DNA of 64,000 nucleotides from Eledone cirrhosa (Eukaryota): positions 252,340,001-252,404,000 of the forward strand of contig OZ024742.1 of assembly GCA_964016885.1 (NCBI GenBank), read 5' to 3'. The position numbers were made by a program, and so were the translations under genes. The notes under the pieces are model-generated. The model saw only the letters and a list, made by a program, of their open reading frames with translations, had not been told where the DNA came from and made no database searches. Shown here piece by piece: positions 26,264 through 39,892 of this stretch (within the stretch, counting starts at the first letter, position 1; each line of letters opens with the position of its first letter).

Positions 26264-29200
26264 CTATTGTATTTTTGCAGTTAAGACTTTATCTTACATA
26301 ATTACCTCACATAATATCAAATTTATGAGATTTTGATATTATTTATTTTGAGAACAATACTTTAACATTGGTATGAGTGATCGGTTATGGCTGATTTGAA
26401 CAGAAGAGGTGAGAGAATTCTGGCTGGATACAGCCAGTTTGAATGCTAAGGGTTAATGATGATTACAATAGTATTACTATTATCCTTCATAGTGTTGTCT
26501 CCCATTATATGTATTGATAGCAAAACATATTTTTGTTGCTACATAATGTTTATGTGAATTCCATAATGTAGGAAGGAGCATGTCTTTTTAGTAAGTTGAA
26601 TCTGTGAATGATTTTGAATCTTTTATTTCATGTCCCTTACATCTCTAATGCCCTTCAGAAAAACATAGGACATCTCAGCTTTCCCTTTTCTCTTGTCTAA
26701 AAAACCATGTTTCATGGTTATATGTTTATATAAGAAAAACTATGTTCAAAGATGTTCCAGTTAATTCTCCCAACAAAACAATATTTAGGACTACATTATC
26801 TAATGTTTGTTTTTAAGTCAGTATGTTGTGATCGCGTGGAAATTTTAGTTGCTATTCTAAGCAAGTCTAACAACCATGTAGAGGCTCCCTTATTGTCTCA
26901 TCAGTAGAAAAATGGCAATCTATGTTTGGTTAGGATAAAGCCAAAAGAAACTCTAATAGAATCAAACTATTCTGGACATGAAAGTCAATTGCTGTAGTTG
27001 TTGATGTTTCACCCTATAAAATTATTTTCTATATTATCTACTATTTAATAAAATCTTTAAAAAAAATTCCAGGCTGCATTTGCATCTAATTTATTACAAT
27101 ACTTGTAGAATAGCCTCAAGGAACTGTGTCTCACAAAGGAAATGACATGGGACTGAGTTGACTGGCAATATGCCATAATAAAAACAAATCCACCTCCTCT
27201 ACAAGCACTGCAACACTAAAAGTAAACATAGTGAGGAAGCAGAGGTTACAGTGATGGCAATCAAACAGATAATATAGGGTTTGAGAGGACCCTTCAGTTT
27301 GTATGAGAATGCAACAACCTCTCTAGTACTGGTACCACAATAAAATGCACTCTGTAAAGTATAGGTATTGGTGTCATGAAAAACATACTCAGTACACTTT
27401 GTAAAGAGGTAGTGGTGGTGCCATAAGAAAGAAACATACCCAAACAATGACAAATATGAAACGTATGAGTAAGAGGGATTGTTCCAACCCATCTGATCTC
27501 AGACTGTGAAAATCTGTCCAACCCATGTGAGCATGAAAAGCAGGCATAAAGCATAAAATGATGATGATGATGACAATGACTGCATGCTAATTAAATATAT
27601 TTTGCAGTGCTTCCATTGCCTAAAATGTTAAAGTATGCCTACTCTTAATGCCCAGTTTATAATAGAAAGGATGAAATAGATTCAAAGTTTTTCTGCGGCA
27701 GACAGTTTAGGAAATTGTTGTGGTTAGAGTAAGAAAACTACATTATCTACTAAAAAAAATATATATGTATATATTTGAATCGATCAAGAGACATATAGAC
27801 TACATTTCTAGTTTTGCTCTGTTTATAATAAGGATGACAGGGTCATATCAATAGATCTTTTGTACAGTGATAGAGAAGAAGAAACAAAGAACAAATGTAT
27901 ATGGTTCTGCTAGTAGAACTATACACACTAAACAAGTGGGTGATTTTGGAATCTCAAAATCGTGACACTCAGGGGGAAGACATATCTACAATAATATATG
28001 AAATAAATTTGTTTTTTTATAAAGAAGCAGCTTAACATTAAGAGAGCTAATCTTGGCCAAAACATTTGTTGTTAAATATAATAATCAATGATTGCTTTTC
28101 CTTTATTTTATTTGTTCTGTTACTGTTTTTGATCACCAGTCTTCATTGTCTTCTCAAAATTGATCATTTTTGGTCACTCTGATAGCAGCCAAACTTCTGA
28201 CAGTAATTTTCCTAGAATCTTGAAATCAAGCTAATAAGATACACACAGGGAGGTCACTGTATGTGGTTTAATTCTACTTGTGAAATGTTTCTTATAAATA
28301 AAAATTGTATTACTATTTTTTTTTTGTATTATCACAAAATAGACTTTTTTATTTTATTTAACATCAATTATTTACTTCTAGATCATCTGAGATAGAACAC
28401 AAATGTCTAAGTCAGCAGGGTATCAAATAACCAGCTGAGAGGCCAGTAACATATATAATGTTATAAATTCTTAACATCCTGTACCACATGAAACTCCATA
28501 AGGTGGATATTCTTAGAAAGTCTAAAACGGTGCTATGACTACATCACATTAAAACTTGAAGTAGTTCCTTTAATACAGTAATGTTCCATAATGATCTGTC
28601 CACCAGTAAAGATACAATAAACATTTGAATTAACAAATCAATTTCAAGGTATTTTTTGCTAAATCGTTGCAGGATGTTAAAAATTAAAGTGTATTACATT
28701 AGTAACCAAGACAACTTTTTCATAAATGATATAATACACCTAGCAGTAAAGAGGTACCACAGAGTAGGAACAACTTTCTGCTCTAAACAACAATGCTGTT
28801 AAGTGGATAAATATATCATTAGCTTTCAATAATGAATAAAAACCCTTCTTTCAGTATTGTTTGGTTGTGTTAAGCTGACATGATCTAAAAATATTCAAAT
28901 GAACAAGAAATCATTAGTGGAAACTCCTACAGCCCAATGGAATTTGTTAGATCATCTGAACATATTGTTTTGGTTATTGTCATTCAGAGAAATTTGCATC
29001 ATTCAATGATTATTTTAATGTGCAGTTGATCTCTGCTTGTCTAGTTCTAAATCTAATTTTGTGCAGTAAGTTTACATTTTCTTCCAAATACCACATTTGA
29101 TTACAAGGTAAAGGATTGTTAAAATACTTAAAACATTCATAAACTATTAAAAATAGCCATTACTAATGCTTCTCAAAATAATTTTGCTAATGATTTGGCC

Positions 29201-30389
29201 AGTATACCATCAGTATTAATGAGAAGGATTGCAGGACTCAGGGAGGGGCTGTGTAATTCAAAATATCAAGCATGATGACTTGAGCCAGAATAAGTGGAAG
29301 TCTTTGTTACTGATATCCAAATGAGTTAGGTGAAGTTATAGGGTTATGTACCAGCTAATAGAGTGTCTCCTGGAAAAATTACTCATTAGCATAATCTTAT
29401 GTCTCATCTGATGGAGAACTTTCACTAGGAAATCACTTGCACTTTTAACCTCTCATAAAAGGTGGCACTATGTAAGTGATTTCAGTTAGAATTGACACAT
29501 CAAGAGACCAATTTCTCCCCAAACCAAAGACTCGATATGAATATTTGCAACAAAATAACCTCTGTTAAAAAGCACCCAAGAAGCAGATGATGGTGTTAAA
29601 ACTACCTATCCATCACAACAAATATAAAAAACGCTTTGGTGTTATATTGTGGCACCTAAATCTTAACATTATATGACCTTGATTAGAAACAGCAATCAAA
29701 TGCTTCAGTGAGTCAACTAAGTCAGGGCCTTTGTTCTGATCAAATAGAGCAGACCAGAAATGTCATCAATGTGTTAGATATAAAATATTGCACATATTTC
29801 CATAGAATAAAGCAAAGTTGTGATTATAATGCATATGTTTACATAGAAAATGTAATGCTAGTTATTATACTGGTTCAAGTATCCTCTGGGGCTGATATTT
29901 GTTGACCTCTTCACAGTGGGCCTTAGGAACTGATCTCTGATATCGATCATGTGAATAACAGTAACCTGTGACCAACTCATATGCGAGGAGGGGGAGAAGA
30001 AGATATTTATAGTCTGATTGTGTGAAAATAATGGAGTGGAGTGGTGATATCATTATGGTGTGTAGATAATCTCTTGGCAAACTGTGTATGTGATGCAGTT
30101 ATAGTCTGTCATCTGAAATATGTATCTTAATTCTAAATTATGCCAGAAACAAAACAAAGTGGACACAGCTGGAATGCCTTTGATTAAAGTCTGTTAAACC
30201 AGGGTTGACCTGGGGCCAAACAACAATAACAGTTACATAAAGTGTAAAATAATCAACAACCAATTCTGAAATATATGTTAGAATACCGTAGAGAGAAAGA
30301 AGACTGCTGTAGGAAAAGAATATTTCTGCAGAGAAGGAAATAACCTATAGAGATGTGAAAATTGCTGTAGAAAGCGAAGACTGTAGAGT

Positions 30390-30618
30390 TTAACCCTTTA
30401 GCATTTAAACCAGCTGTATCCGAACAGAACTCTCTCACCTCTTTCTGCTCAAACTGGCTGTAACTGGCTGCTCATATTTACATTAAGGTAGTGTTCTCAA
30501 AATAAATAACATCAAAATCTCGTAGATTCGATATTATGTGAGATAATTATGTAAGATAAAGTCTTTACTGTGAAAATACAGTAGTAAATACAGAATAATA
30601 TAAATGCCAAAGGGTTAA
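30390..30618. mobile_element. piggyBac-type MITE
   Basis: TTAACCCTTTAGCATTT...AAATGCCAAAGGGTTAA. Confidence 0.82.
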
Positions 30619-31222
30619 GAGACGTAGAGAATGAAGTTTACCTTTAACTTTTCTCAAATAAACAGTACAATAAGCGTTATCTATTTGTCTAACAGTTTCA
30701 GTGTAATAGTTTAGGAGAAAACATCAAATATATACAAGAAAGTTTCCCTCCGAAAATGCCATCAAGCTTTTTGCTTGTGTTTATCTTCTTTGTTTTCTTT
30801 ATAGATATTTTTTCAGATAATACTTACAATATGGGAGTTATCAAAATATATATACAGGAAAATTCTAGTTGGAAATATTATTTTTTGTTCTGCTTTGTTT
30901 TTGAAATATTAAGAAAATCTCGTTTTAGGTTGTTTTTTTTTTCTTTCACTTAATGGATATTTTTAACTGTATGGTAGACTCCAAAACATCATCATGGCAT
31001 CAGAACAGTTTTAATGTCTTGAATTAGTCAATACATAGAAGTATATTTTACTATTTTAGGAGATGTTTGGATGTGGGTGTTTTCAAATCAAACAAACGGC
31101 AAACACTACTGTTGCCTGGCATAGGAGTGGTAAGTGGCAGTCCATGACAATGGAAATACATTTAATCAACATGATGATGATCATGATCAATATTTAACGT
31201 TTATTTTCAAAGCTTGCATGGA

Positions 31223-31463
31223 TTAACCCTTTAGCATTTAAACCGGCCATTTTTGTCCAGAATTCTCTCACCTCTTTCTGTTTAAAACGGCTGTAACCAG
31301 CCACTTATACTGGTGTTAAGTAATTGTTCTCAAAATAAATAATATCAAAAAGTCATAGATTCGATATTATTTGAGATAATTATGTGAGGTAAAGCCTTTA
31401 CCACAAAAATATAATAGTAAATATAAAAGTATAAATAGAATAATGTAAATGTTAAATGGTTAA
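31223..31463. mobile_element. piggyBac-type MITE inserted in an RTE tail
   Basis: Same family, TTAA flanks. Confidence 0.78.
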
Positions 31464-32189
31464 ATGGACTGTCACTAACTGAGGCCAGAGAAGTTAAATG
31501 ACTATGTTTTGCTCATATGCTGTTTCAGGCTTGGTTTTTTTACAGCTGGATGCCCTTTCTAACACCAACCACTTTACGGTATATACTGGGTGCTTTTTGT
31601 TTTGGCACCAGCACTACCACCTTGAAGTGTGTACTGGGAGTATTTTATTATGACCTCCAGCTATACCATCTTATAGAGTGGAAAGTGTGCATTTTTGTCT
31701 CATAGCCAGAATTTCCAACTTACAAGATGGACTGGAGACCTTTTGTTGTGGCATTAACACTATCACCTTAAAGGGTGGGTTGGATACATTTTTGTCATGA
31801 CACCAGCATTAAATAAAAAAGTCTTCAAATGGAAATTAAGAAAGAATCACTTCAGACTATGGATGCAATTTTTCTTTATTAATTTGATACTTAGGAAATA
31901 TTAAACTGAAATTAACCAGAAAGATATAAATTCTGACAGATATGTATATTATTCAGTTTGAAACTATCAAAATCCATTTTTTTTTAAAAATCCAGTTTCG
32001 AAAAGATTAAGAAAATACTGGGTAAACAATTTTATTTTAAAGTTTCAGATTTTTTAAAGCTCATTGATTTTTAAAAAAATGTATGTTTGCTCAAAGTATG
32101 CTGCTTTAATGTACCATATATGCTCAAATATAAGCTGATCTGAATATAAACCAACCACTCATTTTAAGTCTGAGAAATAGGAAAAATAC

Positions 32190-32662
32190 AAGTGACTACG
32201 GTAACATGCGACTATGGTACAATGTGGTCATGGTAACATGTGGCTGTGGTAACAAGTGGTCATAGTAACATGTGGTCATGGTAACATGTGGCTGTGGTAA
32301 CAAGTGGTCATGGTATTATGTGGTCATGGTAACATGTGGTCATAGTAACATGTGGTCACAGTAACATGTGGTCACAATAACATGTGGTCATAATAACGTG
32401 GTCATAATAACATGGGGTCATGATAAAATATGGTCATGGTAACATGAGGTCATGGTAAGATCAGTTCATGGTAACAAGTGGTCATGGTAACATGCAGTCA
32501 TGGTAATATGGTAACAAGTGGTTATGGTAACAAGTCATCATGGTAACATGTTACTATGGTAACAAATGACTATGGTAACAAGTAATTATGGTAACAAGTG
32601 ACTATGGTAACAAGTGGTCATGTTAACAAGTTGTTATGGTAACAAGCAGTTATGGTAACATG
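32190..32662. repeat. 16-bp minisatellite (GGTAACATGTGGTCAT)n, about 29 units
   Basis: Direct reading; a 48-bp three-unit block is repeated near 32232-32312. Confidence 0.9.
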
Positions 32663-32759
32663 TTCTGTTATGTCATTGAAAATGCTACTTGTGAGAGACT
32701 AGCTTTCTATTCAGGATAATGTCTATTTATCTTTTATCTACTTAAATTAACATTCACAA

Positions 32760-32975
32760 TTAACCCTTTAGCATTTGCATTACTCTATATTTACAATTGT
32801 ATTTTCACAGTAAAGGCTTTACCGCACATAATTATCTCACATAATATCGAATCTATGAGATTTTGATATTATTTATTTTGAGAACAATACTTTAACATCA
32901 GTATGAATGACCGGTTACAGCCAGTTCAAACAGAAAGAGGTGAGAGAATTCTGGCCGGATATGCTAAAGGATTAA
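32760..32975. mobile_element. piggyBac-type MITE
   Basis: Same family. Confidence 0.78.
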
Positions 32976-34663
32976 ACCAATGGCTTTATATATGTTAAAG
33001 AATATATAAACAATTTTATTTCAATTTAAGATCAAATCTCTATATAGAAATTGTGATAGCTAGTATGTTAACATAATTGTTTGAAATTACACTAGGAATT
33101 CATTAGCCTGGAACATTTTTAGAGTATGGATTTTAGTTTTCATACCAAAAGCTTTGCCATAATTATTCATATTTACAAGAATATAAGAATCTATAATAAC
33201 TGGAATATCTTTCAGATACAAACCTTGCACAAACCCTTCTTTTATGCTCCAACAGAAACAAAAAACAAAACAATCTATTTTATATACTGACATTATATTT
33301 AAAATGTTGTACATACATTCTCCATTTTTTCATTGCTTAATAGAATTACAAATTTTCCCATTTGCATATGAACTGTAGTCACTGCAGTATTATGAACATA
33401 TAATTAATTTAACATGCAGTTGACCCCTGATTGTGTTGTCGTAAATCAAATGTTGTGCAGAAAGTTTACATTTTGTGTCAAATACTACATGTGCTGACAT
33501 GGTGAATGATGGTTAACAGACTTATAACACTTATAATGTTTAAAATAGCCACTATAAAGGCTTCTTAGACTCAGAATATCAAACATTGGGTTATGGTACC
33601 TGTCTAAAATATTTTTTCAGTCCTAAATCTAATTTTTTGTGCAGAAAGTTTACATTTTGTGTCAAATACTACATGTGCTTGGTATATGATGGTTAAAAGA
33701 TTTAAACACTAACAAAATGTTTAAAATAGCCTTTACAATTCCTTCTCAGACTCAGAATATCAAAAACTGTCTCAAAGATTTGTGTAGTTCTAAAATTTCC
33801 TTAAAATAAACCCTGCAGTTGTGATTATTTTCACAATCATGAAGTAGAAGAGCACAGTGAGATGGGGAAAGTTGAATTAGGTTTCTTGCAAGAGGACACA
33901 AGTAAGATTAGATAGAACTAACAACCATATGATTAATAGTATGGCATCTTAATCCTTTTGATACCAATCCAGTAAAAACTGGCTCTGGTTTTAAGAAACA
34001 AACCCACCCATTTTAAAGGGTTCTTATTTAACTTAAAACCCTTCCAACATATATGAAACAAGATGGATATGTGTATACAGAAATATATAGTAGGAGTGTG
34101 TGAAGGTGTGTAGCTTTTTGGTTAGGGTATTTGATTATGTACAATAGAAAACAAACAAGTAAGTATTAAAAGTATTCTGCCGAGTAATAGCTGAGTGTGC
34201 TTATACAAGAGTCAAACAAGGTTGATGCTTGAAATAGAAGTGACAGTCTTCATAGCCATACAATTTGAGCATCAGGAAACTTTCATACTGAAAAAAGAAT
34301 CTAATTTTGTGTATGGGAGGTGTAAACACATAATGTGTGGTGGCAGCTGTGTGTCATTTGTCTGTTTTTGATTTTAGCTTCTATATATAGTGATTTGACA
34401 AAGAAACATGCATCGCTACTGATTAATGGAATGAGGTCAATTGTTTTGTTTTTTTTCAATGTGTCAAAATCCAGGTTTGACCATAATCAGAACATTTGTT
34501 GACTGACTTTAAGGAGGTGGCAGTTGTTTTTCTAAAATGAAAGATTTGTCAATGTGTGAGTGAATTAAGAGTTCCATGTTTCAAAACCAGGGAGAAAGCT
34601 GTTACATAATACTGTATATAAAAAAACAAACCTTATGTCAAGTTTTGATACAGATACTATCTT

Positions 34664-35048
34664 AATAATTGTTTCTACTTTTGGCACAAGGCCAGCAATT
34701 ATCCCAGTGCATTACTGGTGCTTTATTTTATCTACCCCATAAGGATGAAAGTCAAAGTTAACTTCGGCGGTATTTGAACTCGGACCGTAAAGGGGCGTAA
34801 CTCTATGCTGAAAAGCATGGTGTCCGACCTTCTACCAATACTGCCAATCCATATTATCTTAATAATTGTTTCTACTTTTGGCACAAGGCCAGCAATTATC
34901 CCAGTGTATTACTGGTACTTTATTTTATCGCCCCTGTAAGGATGAAAGACAAAGTTAACCTCAGCGGGATTTGAACTCAGACCGTAAAGGGCCGTAACTC
35001 TTTGCTGCAAAGCATGGCGTCCAACCCTCTACCTATACTGCCAATCCA
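34664..35048 (-). mobile_element. Two tandem S1 SINEs
   Basis: Two reverse-complement copies; TATCTTAATAATT duplicated at about 34658 and 34855. Confidence 0.87.
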
Positions 35049-36798
35049 CAATGAAATAATTAATGCTTTTTAGTAAATCCTTCCAAATTCTTGATTAATT
35101 AATTGAATTATAGTGTATGTTATAAGAAATATTGTAACAAAAGGTTAAAATTCATAACTACTATGTCTTCTTGTATAAAGAGAATGACATCTAAAGCTTT
35201 TTCTTTCTTTTGTTTTGGTTTTTTCTTTATACTACCAATTATTTTAGTTACAGTGAATTTCTATCCAAATTTAAGCCAGAGGAACTAAGTTTTGTGCTTC
35301 CTAAGTGAATGGCTTTCCCAACATTTAATCTCTGGAAGATTAACTAATCCATACAACATTTAAAATAAATGTTCTCATGGTCTTCTCTTTCTCCTGTTCT
35401 TTAGTTATTCCACTACTTTCAGAGTATAAATCTGCCCAAGGAAAGCTGACCAATTTACTCAACAATAACTATTACACCAATTTCGGCTTTTATTCCATTT
35501 GTTACCATATTTATAATTAAATACTTAGTATTTTAACTAATTAATGAAGAATTTGAAAGGATTTTTCAAATAATATTGTTTCATTAAGATCCAATTTGCA
35601 ACATAACAAAATTTTCTCGAGTAAAATTATGTTGGAAGGTTTTAATTTAAAGAGGGACCCCTTTAAAATGGTTGGTTTTGTTTCATAGAGATAGAGGTGG
35701 GCTTGAGCAGGTTGACATGTAAATGGTTTAAAATATGATCCCAAACAATATGCCATCTAACTAGTACTGTGACATATTACTTCATACAATATATAATCTA
35801 TCAGATAAGCAGAAACTATACCAATGTAAACTATTAAACTATTATCTCACCTTGACAGTATAACTAAGACAGTAAACAATCTGAGCAGCCTGATATAGTC
35901 TACCAGAATTACTGATTATTCATTAGTAACTAGACAAGAACATATCTAAAATTGTCAGGTAATGAAAATAAATAACCAGAAGAGACAAACCAGGGTAAAA
36001 TTTCTCCAGTTCATTTATCAACTGTTCATTTTACAGTGGGAAAATCATGTGAGGTCACAACAGAAGTGACATGTAAAATTGTTTCAAATTTAGCATCATA
36101 TTTCCTGAGGAAAATAAAAGTTAGATCAATAAGAATTAATACTTAGATATTCCATCTTTCTTATAGTTGCTATGGTAACACAACATCTTCAAACCTAAAA
36201 TCATAGTAGACAATAGAATACTTCAATTCTGAATCAGAGTTGAGAAAGAATTTTTTCGTCTGTGATAAATAAAGAATTGATTCAAGCCTATATGATGTAG
36301 ACATCTATTGAAGGATGCTATAAGAAGAACTAGACCGTTATTGTTTTTGTTGTTACTGCTGGTGTTATGTTGTTGTTGTTGTTATAGTTATTCCATTTCA
36401 TTCTTATTTTTTAAGACATCTGTTTTTGTCCCCTTATTTACAAATGATCAATTTATTGCATTTTTGTCTTTCAAATGCATTCTTCACAATTCTAAATATT
36501 AATTCAAAACTATTTCTCTCTTGATCTTTTGCACACACACACACATATTGAGACACAGACACAGACACACACACACACACACACAATATATATATATATA
36601 TATATACACAAGACAGCTGAAAATATGAAGTAGTTATCAAATATCTTTATATAATTGCAAACAAAAATAAATTTCCTGAAAATGAAATCCAATACATACC
36701 AACATACAAATGTCACGGAAGATATCAATATAAACTATATCAAGATCAGAAAGAGCTATCACTCAACATGCATCCATTAAAATAATGTTAGCAGACTT

Positions 36799-36852
<54 letters not shown>

Positions 36853-37494
36853 TACTAAAACTCTGTGAGTGCTTGCTTGCTTGTTTGTAATGCAATACAG
36901 CTAAAAGGGCACATAGTGGGAAGATACTTTGAAAGGAAGTTGCCCCTGAAATGGGAATACAAATGGAATAAAACAAGTTTCGCATAAAATGAAGCATGGG
37001 TTCGTGAGATAAGGAGTTTTCTGGGTACCTTCATAAACAGAGAGAGAGAAGGATAGAGAGAAAGAGATAGTGGTTGTGAGAGAGTAGATTGAAAGAGAGA
37101 CATAGTGAGAGGGAGATGAGACAGAAGGAGAATGGAAGAAAGAGAGCTGGTGGTGTTGTTGTGTATATATATATGTGAGTGTGTGTGTATATATATGTGT
37201 GTGCATATGTGTGTGTGTGTCTATGACAAGAGTATATAGATCACAGACACCCACACATACATATATATATGTATACAAACACACATTTATATATATACAT
37301 ACACACACATATATATATGGGCCTTCCAGTTTCATTTCATATTATATAAATGTCTGTGTATATTTCAATTATTTAAAAATTATTATTAAGTGAACATGAT
37401 TTAAAAAAAAATATTTTGAAGTGAACGTGACCCGTTGGGTCACCGGTGGTCTCTGTTTCCCTTTTACACACATATATATATATCTCTCTATATA

Positions 37495-37682
37495 TAATTG
37501 TTTCTACTTTTGGCACAAGGCCAGCAATTACCCAGTGCATTACTGGTACTTTATTTTATCGACCCCGTAAGGATGAAAGGCAAAGTTAACCTCGGCAGGA
37601 TTTGAACTCAGAATGGCAAGGGCAGTAAATCTATGCGTCAAAGCATGGCGTCCGACCCTCTACCAATACTGTCAATCCACCG
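37495..37682 (-). mobile_element. SINE family S1
   Basis: Reverse complement of consensus. Confidence 0.87.
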
Positions 37683-38365
37683 CATATATAATAATCGTAA
37701 CAAACGAAAGGTATATACTTTATATCATCTCTATTTATATCAGTATATATACTAGCAGAAAAACCACACTTCGGGTGATTTTTTGCTAGCATGTCTAGTG
37801 AGTATATTGATATTATACACAAGTATAGATGCATGTAGATATGATACATCAAATAAAACCGTAATTGACAATATACACAGAAATTAACGAAGACTGTATT
37901 ACACTGCCTTCTGTAATCAGTAACGTAATCCATGATACATTAAAAAAGACGATATTATATATAAACTGCATTAGGAGAAGATTAGTGACAGAAATATATG
38001 AATATTTATTTAAACAATCGCTAATCGGAAGTGTTGACATTTGAAAATGTTAAAGAAGTGAATCATTAAATAAGTAATTAAATATATTTAATGAACAGCC
38101 ACGAAATTTAGTAGATAAATTATGTAATATTCATTCATTATTTATACAAAGTAATCCAACTTATATTACTAAGGGGATAAAAAATTATAAACCGTACGTA
38201 GTCCCGTGCTTCTTACTTTATTATAGTTTAGATTTCGAAGATGCAAAGTTTTATGTATAACATAAACCAAAACATGTCCTCTTCTGATAAAATACATATG
38301 AGATGTATAATTTTTCATGATATGCTGGTAGCCAACGAGCTGGACAGATCTTTTATATATATATA

Positions 38366-38600
38366 TAGTGGTGGACTGGCCAGGTTGCCAGGTTGCCCAA
38401 TGGCAAGTGAGCCCCAGGTGGCCCACGATAGCATTGCAGGGACCTACCGTAGTGTTTTAGGAGCCAATGCTTTGCTTTAACAAAAATCTTTAAAAAAATG
38501 CATTTGGTTAAATAATTTCCCTAGGGAATTAATAGAAACCAAAATATACGATAGTGCTAACAGTTAGAGTACTGTATTGGTTCATGCATACATACATGGA
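38366..38600. mobile_element. Putative left end of a hAT-like non-autonomous DNA element (right end 60890-61163)
   Basis: TAGTGGTGGACTGG versus reverse complement of 61150-61163 CAGTGGCAGACTGG (11/14); GC-rich subtermini. Confidence 0.45.
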
Positions 38601-38618
38601 CAAACACACGTATATGTA

Positions 38619-38703
<85 letters not shown>

Positions 38704-38706
<3 letters not shown>

Positions 38707-39207
38707 TTTTAATATAGATGAGATTCTACAGGACTAGAACTGTTTCATTCTTTAGAAATCATCAGGAATCTGGCTTTCCAAAAATATATGTTGTGGTATT
38801 TATATCTTTTCAGGTGGTAGGAGAGGGTGGGGAGTGGAATAGGTAGAGGTCATTGGTTGAAAGAAAAGGGAATTCATTAAAAGCTTATTCTTTAAGGCTA
38901 TAATTTATTTTTAGAGTGACAAAGGCAGAAAGAATTCTATATACAAGTTCAGAATGGGGTGCCACTCCTTATTTTTAAGTTTCTCTTAAGCTAACAATGC
39001 CTATATTTCAGGTGTCTATAAGATGGTTGGGGGTCAGTCATGGTTGATGGATTTAAAGAAACGGGAAATTCTTTAAAAGCTAATTCTTTAAAGCTCTACT
39101 TAGAATGACAAAGGCCAAGAGAATTCTATAAACCAGTTCAAAATATTTGGTGCCTATCATATCATTATTGTCATATTTCTCTTAAGCTATATTCCAGGTG
39201 TCAACAG
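38704..39207 (-). mobile_element. P4 pLTR, left inverted arm, with hammerhead at 38721-38771
   Basis: Reverse complement of 58870-59597; minus strand AGATTC CTGATGA..GAAA CAG..CTG TA GAATCT. Confidence 0.8.
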
Positions 39208-39214
39208 ACACATT

Positions 39215-39324
<110 letters not shown>

Positions 39325-39331
39325 CACATAT

Positions 39332-39378
<47 letters not shown>

Positions 39379-39416
39379 ATTAAATAAATGGAAAACTATA
39401 TTTATAAAACCATATT

Positions 39417-39482
39417 TATTTCATTATATATATTTCGGGGATATCATATTAACAATATGCTATGCCTTCATCAGACAAAATA
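39417..39482 (-). ncRNA. Type I hammerhead (P1), inverted arm
   Basis: Reverse complement of 43889-43954. Confidence 0.7.
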
Positions 39483-39853
39483 CAATATAAACAGTTTTAT
39501 AGATAAATATATTCGACATACCGTAATAAACATCAACATCATTTGAAGAGGTTCACTCTAGCAGTGAAAATACAGAGAGAAAGAAAGAGAGAGAGAAAAG
39601 AGGGAAATAGGAAAGAAAGAAAGACAAAACGAAGAAAAGGAAGAAAAAGAAGAAAAAGAAAAAGAAGAAATGCATGGGACAAAATAGAGAGATGGAAAAA
39701 TAGATAAAGCGAAGAGCTTCATGTAAAGAGACAGAAAGAGATATATATATATAGAGAGAGAGAGAGGAAGTAGAGATAGATACATATATAAATATAGATA
39801 TAGAAAAATTAGGTAGTGGGAGGTCATTTTGAGTAAGTGTATCAATGATGCAT

Positions 39854-39892
<39 letters not shown>

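Larger units (their letters stand above)
25169..26456. mobile_element. piggyBac-type MITE interrupted by a mariner derivative and a SINE
   Basis: Left TIR at 25169, body resumes at 26264, right TIR ends at 26456. Confidence 0.78.

Noticed and set aside
32190-32662. CRISPR-like array
   Set aside because: Head-to-tail 16-bp units with no unique spacers, no cas genes, eukaryotic context
37750-37800. Helitron-like terminus (CTAGCAGAAAAACCAC..GTGATTTTTTGCTAG hairpin)
   Set aside because: Single short hairpin with no second copy or matching opposite end
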